Virus record (IMG/VR): IMGVR_UViG_2909282993_000003
Coordinates: 1 to 42,124 of that record
Source of the DNA: a virus
Lineage: Duplodnaviria; Heunggongvirae; Uroviricota; Caudoviricetes
Direction: 5' to 3' (one strand)
Length of the DNA stretch: 42,124 bases
Shown: piece by piece, positions 17,250 to 26,795 of the stretch
Position numbering within the stretch: the stretch's first letter is position 1
Layout: each line of letters starts with the position of its first letter
Made by a program: the position numbers and the translations under genes
Notes under the pieces: generated by a model
Databases searched by the model: none
What the model was told of the DNA's origin: nothing
What the model saw: the letters and a program-made list of their open reading frames with translations, nothing else

Positions 17250-17783
17250 ATGAACGTAAAAATCAGATACGGCCTGTCGGCTGCCGTTCTGGCACTGATT
17301 GCCGTCGGTGCGCCTGCGCCTGATATTCTCGACCAGTTTCTGAATGAAAAAGAAGGTAACCACACAACGGCATACCGCGATGGTTCCGGTATATGGACCA
17401 TCTGTCGTGGTGCCACAATGGTGGATGGTAAGCCCGTCATACCGGGAATGAAGCTGTCGAAGGAAGAATGCGACCAGGTTAACGCTATTGAACGTGATAA
17501 GGCGCTGGCATGGGTGGAGCGCAATATTAAAGTACCACTGACCGAACCACAGAAAGCGGGTATAGCGTCATTTTGTCCCTATAACATTGGCCCCGGTAAG
17601 TGTTTCCCGTCGACGTTTTATAAGCGGCTGAATGCCGGTGATCGTAAGGGTGCATGCGAGGCGATTCGCTGGTGGATAAAAGATGGTGGGCGCGATTGCC
17701 GCATACGTTCAAATAACTGCTATGGACAGGTTATTCGCCGTGACCAGGAAGCGGCACTGGTGTGCTGGGGTATCGACAGCTAG
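17250..17783 (+). CDS. SAR-endolysin (T4-lysozyme-like muramidase, phage 21 R-like)
   Basis: 177-aa product with N-terminal weakly hydrophobic Gly/Ala-rich signal-anchor-release segment (GLSAAVLALIAVGAPAP) followed by the E..D..T catalytic region typical of lysozyme R21. Confidence 0.9.
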   Translation: MNVKIRYGLSAAVLALIAVGAPAPDILDQFLNEKEGNHTTAYRDGSGIWTICRGATMVDGKPVIPGMKLSKEECDQVNAIERDKALAWVERNIKVPLTEPQKAGIASFCPYNIGPGKCFPSTFYKRLNAGDRKGACEAIRWWIKDGGRDCRIRSNNCYGQVIRRDQEAALVCWGIDS

Positions 17784-18485
17784 CAGAATATTTTGCTGAA
17801 AAATGGCGTGTGCTCCCGCGAGCGGATAACACGAAATCCTGCAAACTGGCAAAAGGTAAGTGAATAAAAGTAAAACCCCGGCTGGGGGAACAGTCCGGGG
17901 TTGCATTTTGACAAATCAGACATGGATATAATTCATGCAGGTAAAGGATAACAATAAAACCTTTCTGAGTATAGGGTGCAGTATGACACCTAAAGCAGCA
18001 AATATTGCCGGAATTATTCTTGCATTATCGGCAATGATCGGGGCAATTGGTTTTGCGGTTGCAGCGATAGCATATGTTTGTAGATAAGACAGAAAATACG
18101 GCGAATCTCTGCCTTATCCGGGCGGTGGCTTTTGCCATTAAGTGGGTGGCGGTTGGCATCGCCGTGTCTCCGATGCTGTATGGGCTGGCAAAATTGATTG
18201 TTGCTCTGAAATCGTGAGTGGTGATGGGTGTCATGAGGGACATGGCAACTGATGATAAAAGCAGAAACAACTTCGCAGGGTGCTGACGATGCCGCAAAAA
18301 TCATCGCGGTATGCCGGGGCATCAGACATATACTGACGCCAGTTGCATGGATTATTTGTACTGCACTGGTTGCATACACAACAATTTATTTAAACAGATG
18401 AGTGCTGATTTTATTCGGGCAACGGCCTTTGCAATTCGCCTTGTGGCGGTCGCTGTTCTGGTCTGGGCAATCCGTTGGTGGTGAT

Positions 18486-18953
18486 ATGAACCGTGTTCTG
18501 TATGTAGTGATTGCTATGCTGCTGGTGGCCTGTGTTGTGCTTAGTCTGGGGCTGAATCATTACCGTGATAACGCCATCGCCTACAAAGAACAGCGTGATA
18601 AAAAAGTCAGTGAGCTGAAGCAGGCGACCGCCACCATCGCTGACATGCAGCAGCGTCAGCGTGATGTTGCTGCGATCGATGCAAAATACACGAAGGAGTT
18701 AGCCGATGCGAAAACTGAAAATGAAACTCTGCGCGCTGATGTTGCCGCTGGTCGTAAGCGCCTGCGGGTCAATGCCAGTTGCTCCGCAGCCGTGCGTGAA
18801 GCCACCGGACCCACCAGCATGGATAATGCAACCAGCCCCCGACTGGCAGACACCGCTGAACGGGATTATTTCACCCTCAGAGAACGGTTGATGACGATGC
18901 AGAAGCAACTGGAAGGGGCGCAGGAATATATCCGCACCCAGCGCATTAAGTAG
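18486..18953 (+). CDS. Spanin inner-membrane subunit Rz (i-spanin)
   Basis: Start MNRVLYVVIAMLLVACVV (N-terminal TM) then coiled-coil-like sequence; contains the embedded Rz1 frame. Confidence 0.8.
   Translation: MNRVLYVVIAMLLVACVVLSLGLNHYRDNAIAYKEQRDKKVSELKQATATIADMQQRQRDVAAIDAKYTKELADAKTENETLRADVAAGRKRLRVNASCSAAVREATGPTSMDNATSPRLADTAERDYFTLRERLMTMQKQLEGAQEYIRTQRIK
18706..18891 (+). CDS. Spanin outer-membrane lipoprotein Rz1 (o-spanin), embedded in the +1 frame of Rz
   Basis: 61-aa ORF wholly inside Rz; lipobox VVSAC followed by a Pro-rich mature peptide, the hallmark of Rz1. Confidence 0.75.
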   Translation: MRKLKMKLCALMLPLVVSACGSMPVAPQPCVKPPDPPAWIMQPAPDWQTPLNGIISPSENG

Positions 18954-18974
18954 CTGGAGAAAAAACACGAATCT

Positions 18975-19337
18975 GTGGTTTTTACTGAGCGCGGTGTACA
19001 CGGTGGAACATATGGCGGGAAGTTTGTTGCTTATGATTATGCAGCATGGCTAAACCCCGGATTTAAATATGCAGCCTATAAAGTCCTGGATGACTACTTC
19101 ACCGGAGAACTTCAGCATCGCAACAGCTTAAGTGCGCAGCTCAATATGAAGTGTCATGAGTTTGATCAGAAAAAAGATATGGCGAGCTTCTGTGGACAAG
19201 GGCTGGCGGCATGGCGCTATACGAAGCCAGTGTTGGTCGCTGAGATTAACTCCCTGGCTAACCAGCTGCGGATAACGATCCCCGGGCTGTCCGGTATTTG
19301 CCGGTATGAAATTACCGGAAGGCGCGGTCGTTACTGA
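18975..19337 (+). CDS. Hypothetical protein (120 aa) downstream of Rz
   Basis: ORF with a GTG-type start; may be a KilA/antirepressor-like remnant but no secure match. Confidence 0.45.
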   Translation: MVFTERGVHGGTYGGKFVAYDYAAWLNPGFKYAAYKVLDDYFTGELQHRNSLSAQLNMKCHEFDQKKDMASFCGQGLAAWRYTKPVLVAEINSLANQLRITIPGLSGICRYEITGRRGRY

Positions 19338-19604
19338 GTAACAGCAGGCATTACAGCAGCCCTTCACTGAGGGGCTGCGATAATGTGAGGAATAAAAAAC
19401 CGGCAGGGGAAATCCATTGAAGATTTGCCGGTGGCAAAAGATGGCCATGCTTTTAACCTTAGTAGCAGAGTTACGGAGTTCAACAACGACCGTCGCCGTT
19501 ATCTTGCTGAAAGGCGTTTCAATGATTTTCATCAATTTATTCATCAGCAATGGTGATAATCACTCTCATTTTGGCGGGTCCTTCCGGTGGGGTGGCCTGC
19601 CACG

Positions 19605-19616
19605 GGGCGGGAGCGT
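19605..19616. other. Candidate cosN cohesive-end site (GGGCGGGAGCGT) about 190 bp upstream of the small terminase
   Basis: Local sequence ACGGGGCGGGAGCGTCGCGG parallels the recalled lambda left end (GGGCGGCGACCTCGCGG) in sequence and in distance to the Nu1-like gene; an 11-bp perfect inverted repeat at 19660-19687 lies in the cosB-equivalent interval. Confidence 0.4.
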
Positions 19617-19790
19617 CGCGGAAAAAGGCTAGTTTTTGAAATTTCATTCGTCATCACCACCACTGTAATAGATTGATATTACAGTGGTTTTATTTTTATG
19701 GTGTCGATTTTGATTGTTTTTTGTTCATCACTAACACCGTTTGCCTAAAGTTGTTCGCAAGATGCATGTTTAAAACATTCTGGAGCGGGT

Positions 19791-20285
19791 ATGGATCGAG
19801 AGTTAAAAAATCTGACGCTGAATATCAGTCAACTGGCGGCACTGTCAGGTGTACATCGCCAGACTGCTGCGGCAAGGCTGCAAAATCTACCCGTTGCAGG
19901 GGGGCATGAAAGCAACCTCAAGCTTTATCGGGTGGTTGATATTGTGTCGGCATTTCTGGCATTGCCACCGCCGGTTGCAGAAGGCGAAATGGACGCGCAT
20001 GAGCGCAAAGCCTGGTATCAGTCTGAACGTGAGCGTCTTAAGTTCGAACAGGAAACGGCACAACTCATTCCGGCCAGTGATGTCAGACGGGAGTTTGCCA
20101 TCTGGGCAAAAGCGGTCGTGCAGGTGCTGGAGACATTACCGGATATTCTGGAACGTGACTGCGGTCTGCAGCCTGCCGCTGTGAGCCGTGTTCAGTCCAT
20201 TATTGATGATCTGCGCGATCAGATAGCCCTGCGGGTGACTGAAGCAGGTGCGGATGATGAGGAGGAATTACAGCAGGAGGAGTAA
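19791..20285 (+). CDS. Terminase small subunit (Nu1-like, N-terminal HTH)
   Basis: 164-aa ORF immediately upstream of, and coupled to, the large terminase gene; N-terminal HTH-like segment ISQLAALSGVHRQTAAARL; acidic C-terminus. Confidence 0.75.
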   Translation: MDRELKNLTLNISQLAALSGVHRQTAAARLQNLPVAGGHESNLKLYRVVDIVSAFLALPPPVAEGEMDAHERKAWYQSERERLKFEQETAQLIPASDVRREFAIWAKAVVQVLETLPDILERDCGLQPAAVSRVQSIIDDLRDQIALRVTEAGADDEEELQQEE

Positions 20286-22387
20286 TGCTGAATCAGGAAA
20301 CCGCAAAGGCAGCACGAACCGATTCAGGTTATATCCTTCGCGCACCGAGACGAATGCGGGTTGCTGATGCCGTTGCTCAGTATATGCGGGTGCCCATGGG
20401 GGCAGGGAACTCAGTCCCGTGGGATCCGCTGGTGGCACCGTATGTTATTGAGCCGATGAACTGCCTGGCCTCGCGTGAATACGACGCAGTGATATTTGTT
20501 GGCCCGGCACGAACCGGCAAGACTATCGGCCTGATTGACGGCTGGGTGATTTACAACGTGATTTGCGACCCTGCGGATATGCTGATCATTCAGATGACGG
20601 AGGAAAAAGCCCGCGAACACTCCAAAAAACGACTCGCCAGAACGTTTCGCGTCAGCCCGGAAGTGGTCAGTCGCCTGAGTCCGAACAAAAATGACAACAA
20701 CGTTTATGACAGAACATTCCTTGCTGGCAACTACCTGAAAATCGGCTGGCCGTCAGTCAATATCATGTCCTCATCAGATTATAAATGCGTCGCGCTGACG
20801 GATTATGACCGTTTTCCGGAAGATATTGATGGCGAGGGGGATGCTTTCTCTCTTGCCTCAAAACGTACCACAACATTTATGTCCAGTGGTATGACGCTGG
20901 TGGAGAGTTCCCCCGGCAGGGATGTGAAGGATGTGAAATGGCGACGGACTTCACCGCATGAGGCTCCACCAACCACTGGGATACTGTCGCTCTATAACCG
21001 TGGCGATCGCCGTCGCTGGTACTGGCCCTGTCCACACTGTGGTGAGTATTTTCAGCCCTGCGGCGATGTGGTTGCTGGTTTCCGTGATATTGCCGATCCC
21101 GTGCTGGCAAGTGAGGCGGCTTATATTCAGTGTCCTTCCTGTTCAGGACGGATTATGCCTGAACAAAAACGTGAGCTGAACGGACGTGGGGTCTGGCTGC
21201 GGGATGGTGAATCCATCAATGCGGATGGCAGTCGTTATGGTGATCCCCGACGCTCACGTATTGCGTCATTCTGGATGGAGGGTCCGGCAGCTGCTTACCA
21301 GACACTCTCGCAACTCGTTTACAAACTGCTTACTGCAGAACAGGAATACGAGACAACCGGAAGTGAAGAAACACTCAAGACGGTTATCAATACCGACTGG
21401 GGATTACCTTATCTTCCCCGCGCCAGCATGGAGCAACGAAAAAGTGAACTGCTTGAGCAGCGGGCAGAGCCAGTTCCTTCCCGCAGTGTGCCGGATGGCG
21501 TTAATTTCCTTGTGGCGACAGTGGATGTGCAGGCGGGACGTCATCGCCGTTTTGTGGTTCAGGTAACGGGCTATGGCAGCCGTGGCGAACGCTGGATTAT
21601 TGATCGTTACAACATCACGCAGTCATTGCGCGGTGACAGCGACGGGGAGAGCCAGCGAATTGATCCGGCCAGCTATCCGGAAGACTGGGATGTCCTGCTG
21701 ACGGATGTTTTTCATAAAAGCTGGCCGCTGGCCTCCGATCCTTCTCAACAAATGCGACTGATGGCAATGGCGGTGGACTCCGGCGGTGAAGACGGGGTCA
21801 CTGATAATGCCTATAAATTCTGGCGTCGTTGCCGTCGTGATGGCCTTGGTAAACGTATTTACCTGTTTAAGGGCGACAGCATCCGGCGCGCAAAACTGAT
21901 CACCCGTACATTCCCTGATAACACCGGACGAACGGGCCGACGGGCGCAGGCCGCAGGTGATGTGCCGCTCTGGCTTCTTCAGACGGATGCCCTGAAAGAC
22001 CGGGTGAATAACGCGTTATGGCGTGACTCTCCAGGTCCCGGCTATGTGCATTTCCCTGACTGGCTGGGGAGCTGGTTTTACGACGAACTGACGTATGAAG
22101 AGCGGAGTAGTGACGGGAAATGGAGTAAGCCGGGTCGCGGTGCCAACGAAGCTTTTGACCTGATGGTGTATGCCGAGGCTCTGGTCATTCTGCATGGATA
22201 CGAAAAGATCCGCTGGCCGGATGCACCGGAGTGGGCGAGCCGGGAAACCTGGCTGGAGTGTGTCCCGGACAGTACCGGACCGTCACCCTCACCGGAACCG
22301 GTATCCACGCCTGTTAAAAAACAAAAACGGAAGAAAACAGTGACTGACGATGTTAACCCCTGGCTGACTTCCGGAGGATGGTTATGA
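20285..22387 (+). CDS. Terminase large subunit (lambda gpA-like)
   Basis: 700-aa ORF; Walker A-like VGPARTGKT; size and position typical of gpA-family large terminases. Confidence 0.9.
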   Translation: MLNQETAKAARTDSGYILRAPRRMRVADAVAQYMRVPMGAGNSVPWDPLVAPYVIEPMNCLASREYDAVIFVGPARTGKTIGLIDGWVIYNVICDPADMLIIQMTEEKAREHSKKRLARTFRVSPEVVSRLSPNKNDNNVYDRTFLAGNYLKIGWPSVNIMSSSDYKCVALTDYDRFPEDIDGEGDAFSLASKRTTTFMSSGMTLVESSPGRDVKDVKWRRTSPHEAPPTTGILSLYNRGDRRRWYWPCPHCGEYFQPCGDVVAGFRDIADPVLASEAAYIQCPSCSGRIMPEQKRELNGRGVWLRDGESINADGSRYGDPRRSRIASFWMEGPAAAYQTLSQLVYKLLTAEQEYETTGSEETLKTVINTDWGLPYLPRASMEQRKSELLEQRAEPVPSRSVPDGVNFLVATVDVQAGRHRRFVVQVTGYGSRGERWIIDRYNITQSLRGDSDGESQRIDPASYPEDWDVLLTDVFHKSWPLASDPSQQMRLMAMAVDSGGEDGVTDNAYKFWRRCRRDGLGKRIYLFKGDSIRRAKLITRTFPDNTGRTGRRAQAAGDVPLWLLQTDALKDRVNNALWRDSPGPGYVHFPDWLGSWFYDELTYEERSSDGKWSKPGRGANEAFDLMVYAEALVILHGYEKIRWPDAPEWASRETWLECVPDSTGPSPSPEPVSTPVKKQKRKKTVTDDVNPWLTSGGWL

Positions 22388-22596
22388 ACAAGAATGATAT
22401 TGAAGCCATGATTCAGCGTTATACGGAAGCTGAAATGGCGGTGCTGGACGGAAAATCCGTCACCTTTAATGGTCAGCAGATGACCATGGAAAACTTATCT
22501 GAGATCCGGCAGGGGCGGCAGGAGTGGGAGCGCCGCCTTGTGGCTCTGACCGCGCGGCGACGGGGGAATCCGGGGTATAAACTGGCGAGGTTCTGA
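22384..22596 (+). CDS. Head-tail joining protein gpW-like
   Basis: About 70-aa ORF overlapping the terminase stop, between terminase and portal as in lambda; C-terminus ...RRRGNPGYKLARF resembles the lambda W C-terminus. Confidence 0.7.
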   Translation: MNKNDIEAMIQRYTEAEMAVLDGKSVTFNGQQMTMENLSEIRQGRQEWERRLVALTARRRGNPGYKLARF

Positions 22597-24101
22597 TGGC
22601 AATTCTTGATGATGTGATTGGTGTTTTTTCTCCCGGCTGGAAAGCTGCGAGGTTGCGCTCAAGGGCGTTAATTCGCGCTTATGAGGCCGTGAAACCCACC
22701 CGCACACACAAAGCCCGACGGGAAAACCGTTCTGCCGACCAGCTCAGTAAGTACGGGGCGGTTTCTCTGCGGGAACAGGCCCGTTTTCTGGACATCAATC
22801 ATGACCTGGTAATCGGTGTTTTCGACAAACTTGAGGAGCGGGTGATTGGTGCAAAGGGGATCATTGTTGAACCACAACCATTACTGAAAAATGGTGATAT
22901 GGCTACAGAGCTGGCAATGATTATCCGTCGTTTGTGGGCGGAATGGTCTGTCAGTCCGGATGTGACCGGGCAGCATACGCGCCCCATGCTCGAACGTCTG
23001 CTGTTGCGTACCTGGTTACGTGATGGAGAAGTGTTTGCCCAGATGGTCAGAGGCGCAGGTGCCGGGCTGGCGCGGACTGCCGGTGTGCCTTTCTGGCTCG
23101 AGGCAATGGAGCCGGATTTTGTGCCCATGCTCAGTGATGAGTCTGCGGGAATGAATCAGGGGGTTTTTCTGGATAAATGGGGCAGGCCGAAAAAATATTT
23201 GGTTTATAAAAATTATCCGGTTACCGGGCGACAGAGCGAAACCAAAGAGATCGCCGCTGAAAATATGGTGCATCTGAAGTTTACCCGCCGCCTTCATCAG
23301 ACGCGTGGCACATCCATGTTGTCAGGTGTGCTGATGCGGATCAGTGCGCTTAAGGAATATGAAGATGCTGAGCTGGTAGCGGCGCGCATTGCTGCGGCAC
23401 TGGGGCTGTATATTCGTAAAGGAGACGGGCAGGATTATGAGGAACCTGTGACGAATAAAGGTAATGATCGGGAACTGCATATCACTCCTGGAATTATTTA
23501 TGACGATCTGCGTAAGGGGGAAGATATTGGCATGGTCAAATCTGATCGGCCTAACCCTAATCTGGAAACTTTTCGTAATGGTCAGTTGCGGGCCATGGCG
23601 GCGGGCACTCGTCTGAGTTTTTCCAGTGCAGCACGTAACTATAACGGTACCTACAGTTCCCAGCGACAGGAGCTGGTTGAGTCCACCGATGGCTATCTGA
23701 TCCTGCAGGACTGTTTTATTGGTGCTGTAACCCGTCCGGTGTACCGGGCATGGCTGAATATGGTGGTTGCCGCGGGGTTGCTGAAAATTCCGTCGGATGT
23801 GGATATAAAAACATTATATAACGCAACATATTCTGGTCCGGTCATGCCGTGGATTGATCCTGTCAAGGAAGCTGAAGCCTGGAAAATCCAGATTCGTGGT
23901 GGTGCGGCAACAGAATCAGACTGGGTGCGCGCCAGTGGTCGTAATCCGGATGATGTTAAACGTCGGCGCAAGGCCGAAATTGATGAAAACCGCAGGCTGG
24001 ATCTGGTGTTTGATACCGATCCGGCCTGCGATAAAGGAGGTGGTAATGCTGAAACAGAACGCGTGGTTTCGCGGCGAACCGAAGGCCAGTCTGAAGAATA
24101 A
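22596..24101 (+). CDS. Portal protein (lambda gpB-like)
   Basis: 501-aa ORF following W and preceding the protease/capsid gene; size and order canonical. Confidence 0.9.
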   Translation: MAILDDVIGVFSPGWKAARLRSRALIRAYEAVKPTRTHKARRENRSADQLSKYGAVSLREQARFLDINHDLVIGVFDKLEERVIGAKGIIVEPQPLLKNGDMATELAMIIRRLWAEWSVSPDVTGQHTRPMLERLLLRTWLRDGEVFAQMVRGAGAGLARTAGVPFWLEAMEPDFVPMLSDESAGMNQGVFLDKWGRPKKYLVYKNYPVTGRQSETKEIAAENMVHLKFTRRLHQTRGTSMLSGVLMRISALKEYEDAELVAARIAAALGLYIRKGDGQDYEEPVTNKGNDRELHITPGIIYDDLRKGEDIGMVKSDRPNPNLETFRNGQLRAMAAGTRLSFSSAARNYNGTYSSQRQELVESTDGYLILQDCFIGAVTRPVYRAWLNMVVAAGLLKIPSDVDIKTLYNATYSGPVMPWIDPVKEAEAWKIQIRGGAATESDWVRASGRNPDDVKRRRKAEIDENRRLDLVFDTDPACDKGGGNAETERVVSRRTEGQSEE

Positions 24102-26106
24102 TTCCTGGTTCAGGATGAAGGCGCGTCATAAAAGTGACGCAGATATTTATATCTATGACGAGATTGGTTTCTGGGGAGTTACGGCGAAGCAGTTTGTTAG
24201 CGATCTGAATGCGCTGGGTAATATCACTCACATTAATCTCCATATCAATTCACCGGGTGGCGATGTCTTTGAAGGCATCGCCATTTTTAATGCGCTGAAA
24301 ACACATGGTGCGTCCATTACCGTTTATGTCGACGGTGTGGCGGCATCAATGGCGTCGGTCATTGCGATGGTGGGAAACCCGGTCATTATGCCGGAAAACA
24401 CCTTCATGATGATTCATAAACCATTTGGCTTTACGGGCGGTGATGCGGAGGACATGCGCACCTATGCCGACCTGCTCGATAAAGTTGAGGCGGTTCTGTT
24501 ACCCGCTTATGCACAGAAAACCGGGAAAACCACCGATGAAATTGCTGCCATGCTGGCGGATGAGACCTGGATGTCCGGTGCCGAATGTCTGGCACATGGA
24601 TTTGCTGATCAGGTGACACCGGAAGTTAAGGCAATGGCATGTATTCAGTCAAAACGTACAGAGGAATTTAAAAAAATGCCGGAATCCATTCGAAATATGA
24701 TTATTCCGCCACGCAACAGTGCAACGCGTGAACCTGAAAACAAAAATACTGCATCTCAGACACAGGATCAGACTACGGCTCCAGTTGCTACAACCGCGAC
24801 TACCACAAATGCACTTTCCGCAGATGAAAGCAGTATCCGTGCGCAGGTACTGGCAGAGCAAAAAGCACGTGTGAGTGGTATTAATGAACTGTTTGGTATG
24901 TTTGGCGGGCGCTATCAGACATTGCAGGCCAGTTGTCTTTCCGATCCGGAGTGCTCGCTTGAGCAGGCCCGTGAGAAATTACTTAACGAAATGGGTAAGG
25001 AATTTTCACCATCAAATAAAAATACCCCGGCCCATATTTATGCTGGAAACGGTAATTTTGTGGGGGACGGGATCCGTCAGGCGCTGATGGCGCGTGCCGG
25101 ATTTGCTGAGCGTGAACAGGATAACGTCTATAACGGGATGACCCTGCGTGAATATGCCCGAATGTCACTGACAGAACGGGGGATTGGGGTTTCCGGGTAT
25201 AACCCGATGCAGATGGTCGGGGCAGCGTTCACGCACAGTACGTCTGATTTCGGTAATATTCTGCTGGATGTCGCGAACAAAGCCATTCTGCAGGGATGGG
25301 AAGAAGCCCCTGAGACTTACGAACAGTGGACCCGGAAAGGTCAGTTGTCTGATTTTAAAATTGCCCATCGTGTGGGTATGGGGGGCTTCAGTGCTCTGCG
25401 TCAGGTGCGTGAAGGGGCGGAATATAAATACGTCACCACCGGAGATAAACAGGCCACTATTGCACTGGCGACCTATGGCGAGCTGTTCAGTATCACCCGT
25501 CAGGCCATTATCAATGATGATCTGAATATGCTGACCGATGTCCCGATGAAACTGGGCCGTGCGGCGAAATCCACTATTGCCGATCTGGTTTATGCCATTC
25601 TGACGTCTAACCCGAAAATCTCCACAGATAATGTAAGTCTGTTCGATAAAGCGAAACATGCAAACGTACTGGAGAGCGCTGCAATGGACGTGGCATCGCT
25701 GGATAAAGCCCGCCAGTTGATGCGCGTTCAGAAAGAGGGGGAGCGTCATCTGAATATTCGTCCTGCGTTCGTACTGGTACCGACGGCGATGGAGTCTGTT
25801 GCTAACCAGGTCATTCGCTCCTCAAGTGTCAAGGGGGCTGACATTAACGCCGGTATTATTAACCCGGTGAAAGATTTTGCGACCGTTATTGCAGAGCCTC
25901 GTCTTGATGATAACAGCCAGACCACTTTCTACCTGGCTGCGTCCAAAGGCTCCGATACGATTGAAGTGGCTTATCTCAACGGTGTGGATACGCCATATAT
26001 TGATCAGATGGAGGGCTTCAGTGTGGATGGCGTGACAACGAAAGTGCGTATTGACGCCGGTGTCGCGCCAGTTGATCACCGCGGTCTGGTGAAATGTACG
26101 GCGTAA
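24046..26106 (+). CDS. Fused prohead protease (ClpP/S49-like) - scaffold - major capsid protein
   Basis: ATG at 24046 with an AAGGAGGTGG ribosome-binding site; N-terminal serine-protease-like region (NSPGGDVFEGIAIFNALK, SMASVIAMVG), central Thr/Ala-rich linker, C-terminal capsid-like domain; overlaps the portal 3' end by about 55 nt. Confidence 0.85.
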   Translation: MLKQNAWFRGEPKASLKNNSWFRMKARHKSDADIYIYDEIGFWGVTAKQFVSDLNALGNITHINLHINSPGGDVFEGIAIFNALKTHGASITVYVDGVAASMASVIAMVGNPVIMPENTFMMIHKPFGFTGGDAEDMRTYADLLDKVEAVLLPAYAQKTGKTTDEIAAMLADETWMSGAECLAHGFADQVTPEVKAMACIQSKRTEEFKKMPESIRNMIIPPRNSATREPENKNTASQTQDQTTAPVATTATTTNALSADESSIRAQVLAEQKARVSGINELFGMFGGRYQTLQASCLSDPECSLEQAREKLLNEMGKEFSPSNKNTPAHIYAGNGNFVGDGIRQALMARAGFAEREQDNVYNGMTLREYARMSLTERGIGVSGYNPMQMVGAAFTHSTSDFGNILLDVANKAILQGWEEAPETYEQWTRKGQLSDFKIAHRVGMGGFSALRQVREGAEYKYVTTGDKQATIALATYGELFSITRQAIINDDLNMLTDVPMKLGRAAKSTIADLVYAILTSNPKISTDNVSLFDKAKHANVLESAAMDVASLDKARQLMRVQKEGERHLNIRPAFVLVPTAMESVANQVIRSSSVKGADINAGIINPVKDFATVIAEPRLDDNSQTTFYLAASKGSDTIEVAYLNGVDTPYIDQMEGFSVDGVTTKVRIDAGVAPVDHRGLVKCTA

Positions 26107-26129
26107 ACGTCGCAGACAACAACTCTGAT

Positions 26130-26149
26130 GGCCCGTAAGGGCTTTTTTT
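26130..26149 (+). terminator. Putative intrinsic terminator after the capsid gene
   Basis: Short GCCC-GTAA-GGGC hairpin followed by seven T. Confidence 0.45.
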
Positions 26150-26192
26150 GTACCTGAAATCAGCCCCTGAACGGGGCTGTGCGGAGACAGTT

Positions 26193-26516
26193 ATGGCAAA
26201 GAATTTTGTAGAAGAAGGAAAAACGGTGGCGATTGTTGCCAGTGCAGCCATCAGCAGCGGAGATCTGGTGCAGGTGGGTGATGTTTTTGCGGTGGCGCTG
26301 ACCGATATTCCACAGGGTGAAACAGGCGACGGCATGACCGAAGGTGTGTTTATGCTGCCTAAGCTGAAAACGGATGACATGAAAACGGGTAAGAAGGTTT
26401 ATCTGAAGTCTGGAAAAGTTCAGCTGACTAACAGCGGCTCTGATCCGCTGGTCGGGGTTGTCTGGGCAGATGCCGGAACCAGTGCAGAAGAAGTGCCGGT
26501 AAAACTCAATGTCTGA
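26193..26516 (+). CDS. Small head protein (decoration/DUF2190-like), about 107 aa
   Basis: ORF directly after the capsid gene, in the gpD-equivalent position; Gly/Val-rich beta-type sequence. Confidence 0.5.
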   Translation: MAKNFVEEGKTVAIVASAAISSGDLVQVGDVFAVALTDIPQGETGDGMTEGVFMLPKLKTDDMKTGKKVYLKSGKVQLTNSGSDPLVGVVWADAGTSAEEVPVKLNV

Positions 26517-26784
26517 TCCCTTTTCCCGGCTGGCAGCGCGTATGGATGCTATCACGGTCAGAAAGATGGGAAAGACAGCCTCGATTAATGATGTCGATAT
26601 GACTGTGATCCCGGGAGAAACACTGGCAGAGCTGAATGCTTTGTCCGGACCTGCGGTCTCTCTGGTGGTGTTTTCTTCGGGATACCGCCCACGGCGCGGG
26701 GATCGCGTTGTTTATGACGGACAACAATGGACGGTCACACGGCATGAACGTTTTAACGGTAAGCCAATGATCTTTATTGAGTAA
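26509..26784 (+). CDS. Head completion / head-tail connector protein (about 91 aa)
   Basis: Small ORF overlapping the preceding stop; FII-equivalent position between head and tail genes. Confidence 0.5.
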   Translation: MSDPFSRLAARMDAITVRKMGKTASINDVDMTVIPGETLAELNALSGPAVSLVVFSSGYRPRRGDRVVYDGQQWTVTRHERFNGKPMIFIE

Positions 26785-26795
26785 AGAGGTGTGGG

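Noticed and set aside
18014-18379. 121-aa and 90-aa minus-strand ORFs in the endolysin-Rz gap
   Set aside because: His/Cys/Pro-rich translations with no ribosome-binding site, opposite the late operon; the small plus-strand ORFs are the more plausible signal here and are reported as a finding instead.
19128-19550. 140-aa minus-strand ORF overlapping the 3' end of the 120-aa gene and the cos-proximal region
   Set aside because: Overlaps a co-directional late-operon gene on the other strand and has an implausible composition; no ribosome-binding site.
23854-24045. N-terminal 64-codon extension of the protease-capsid ORF
   Set aside because: The upstream part is the portal gene in another frame; the ATG at 24046 has a strong AAGGAGG ribosome-binding site and begins the protease domain, so the extension is an artefact of the open frame.
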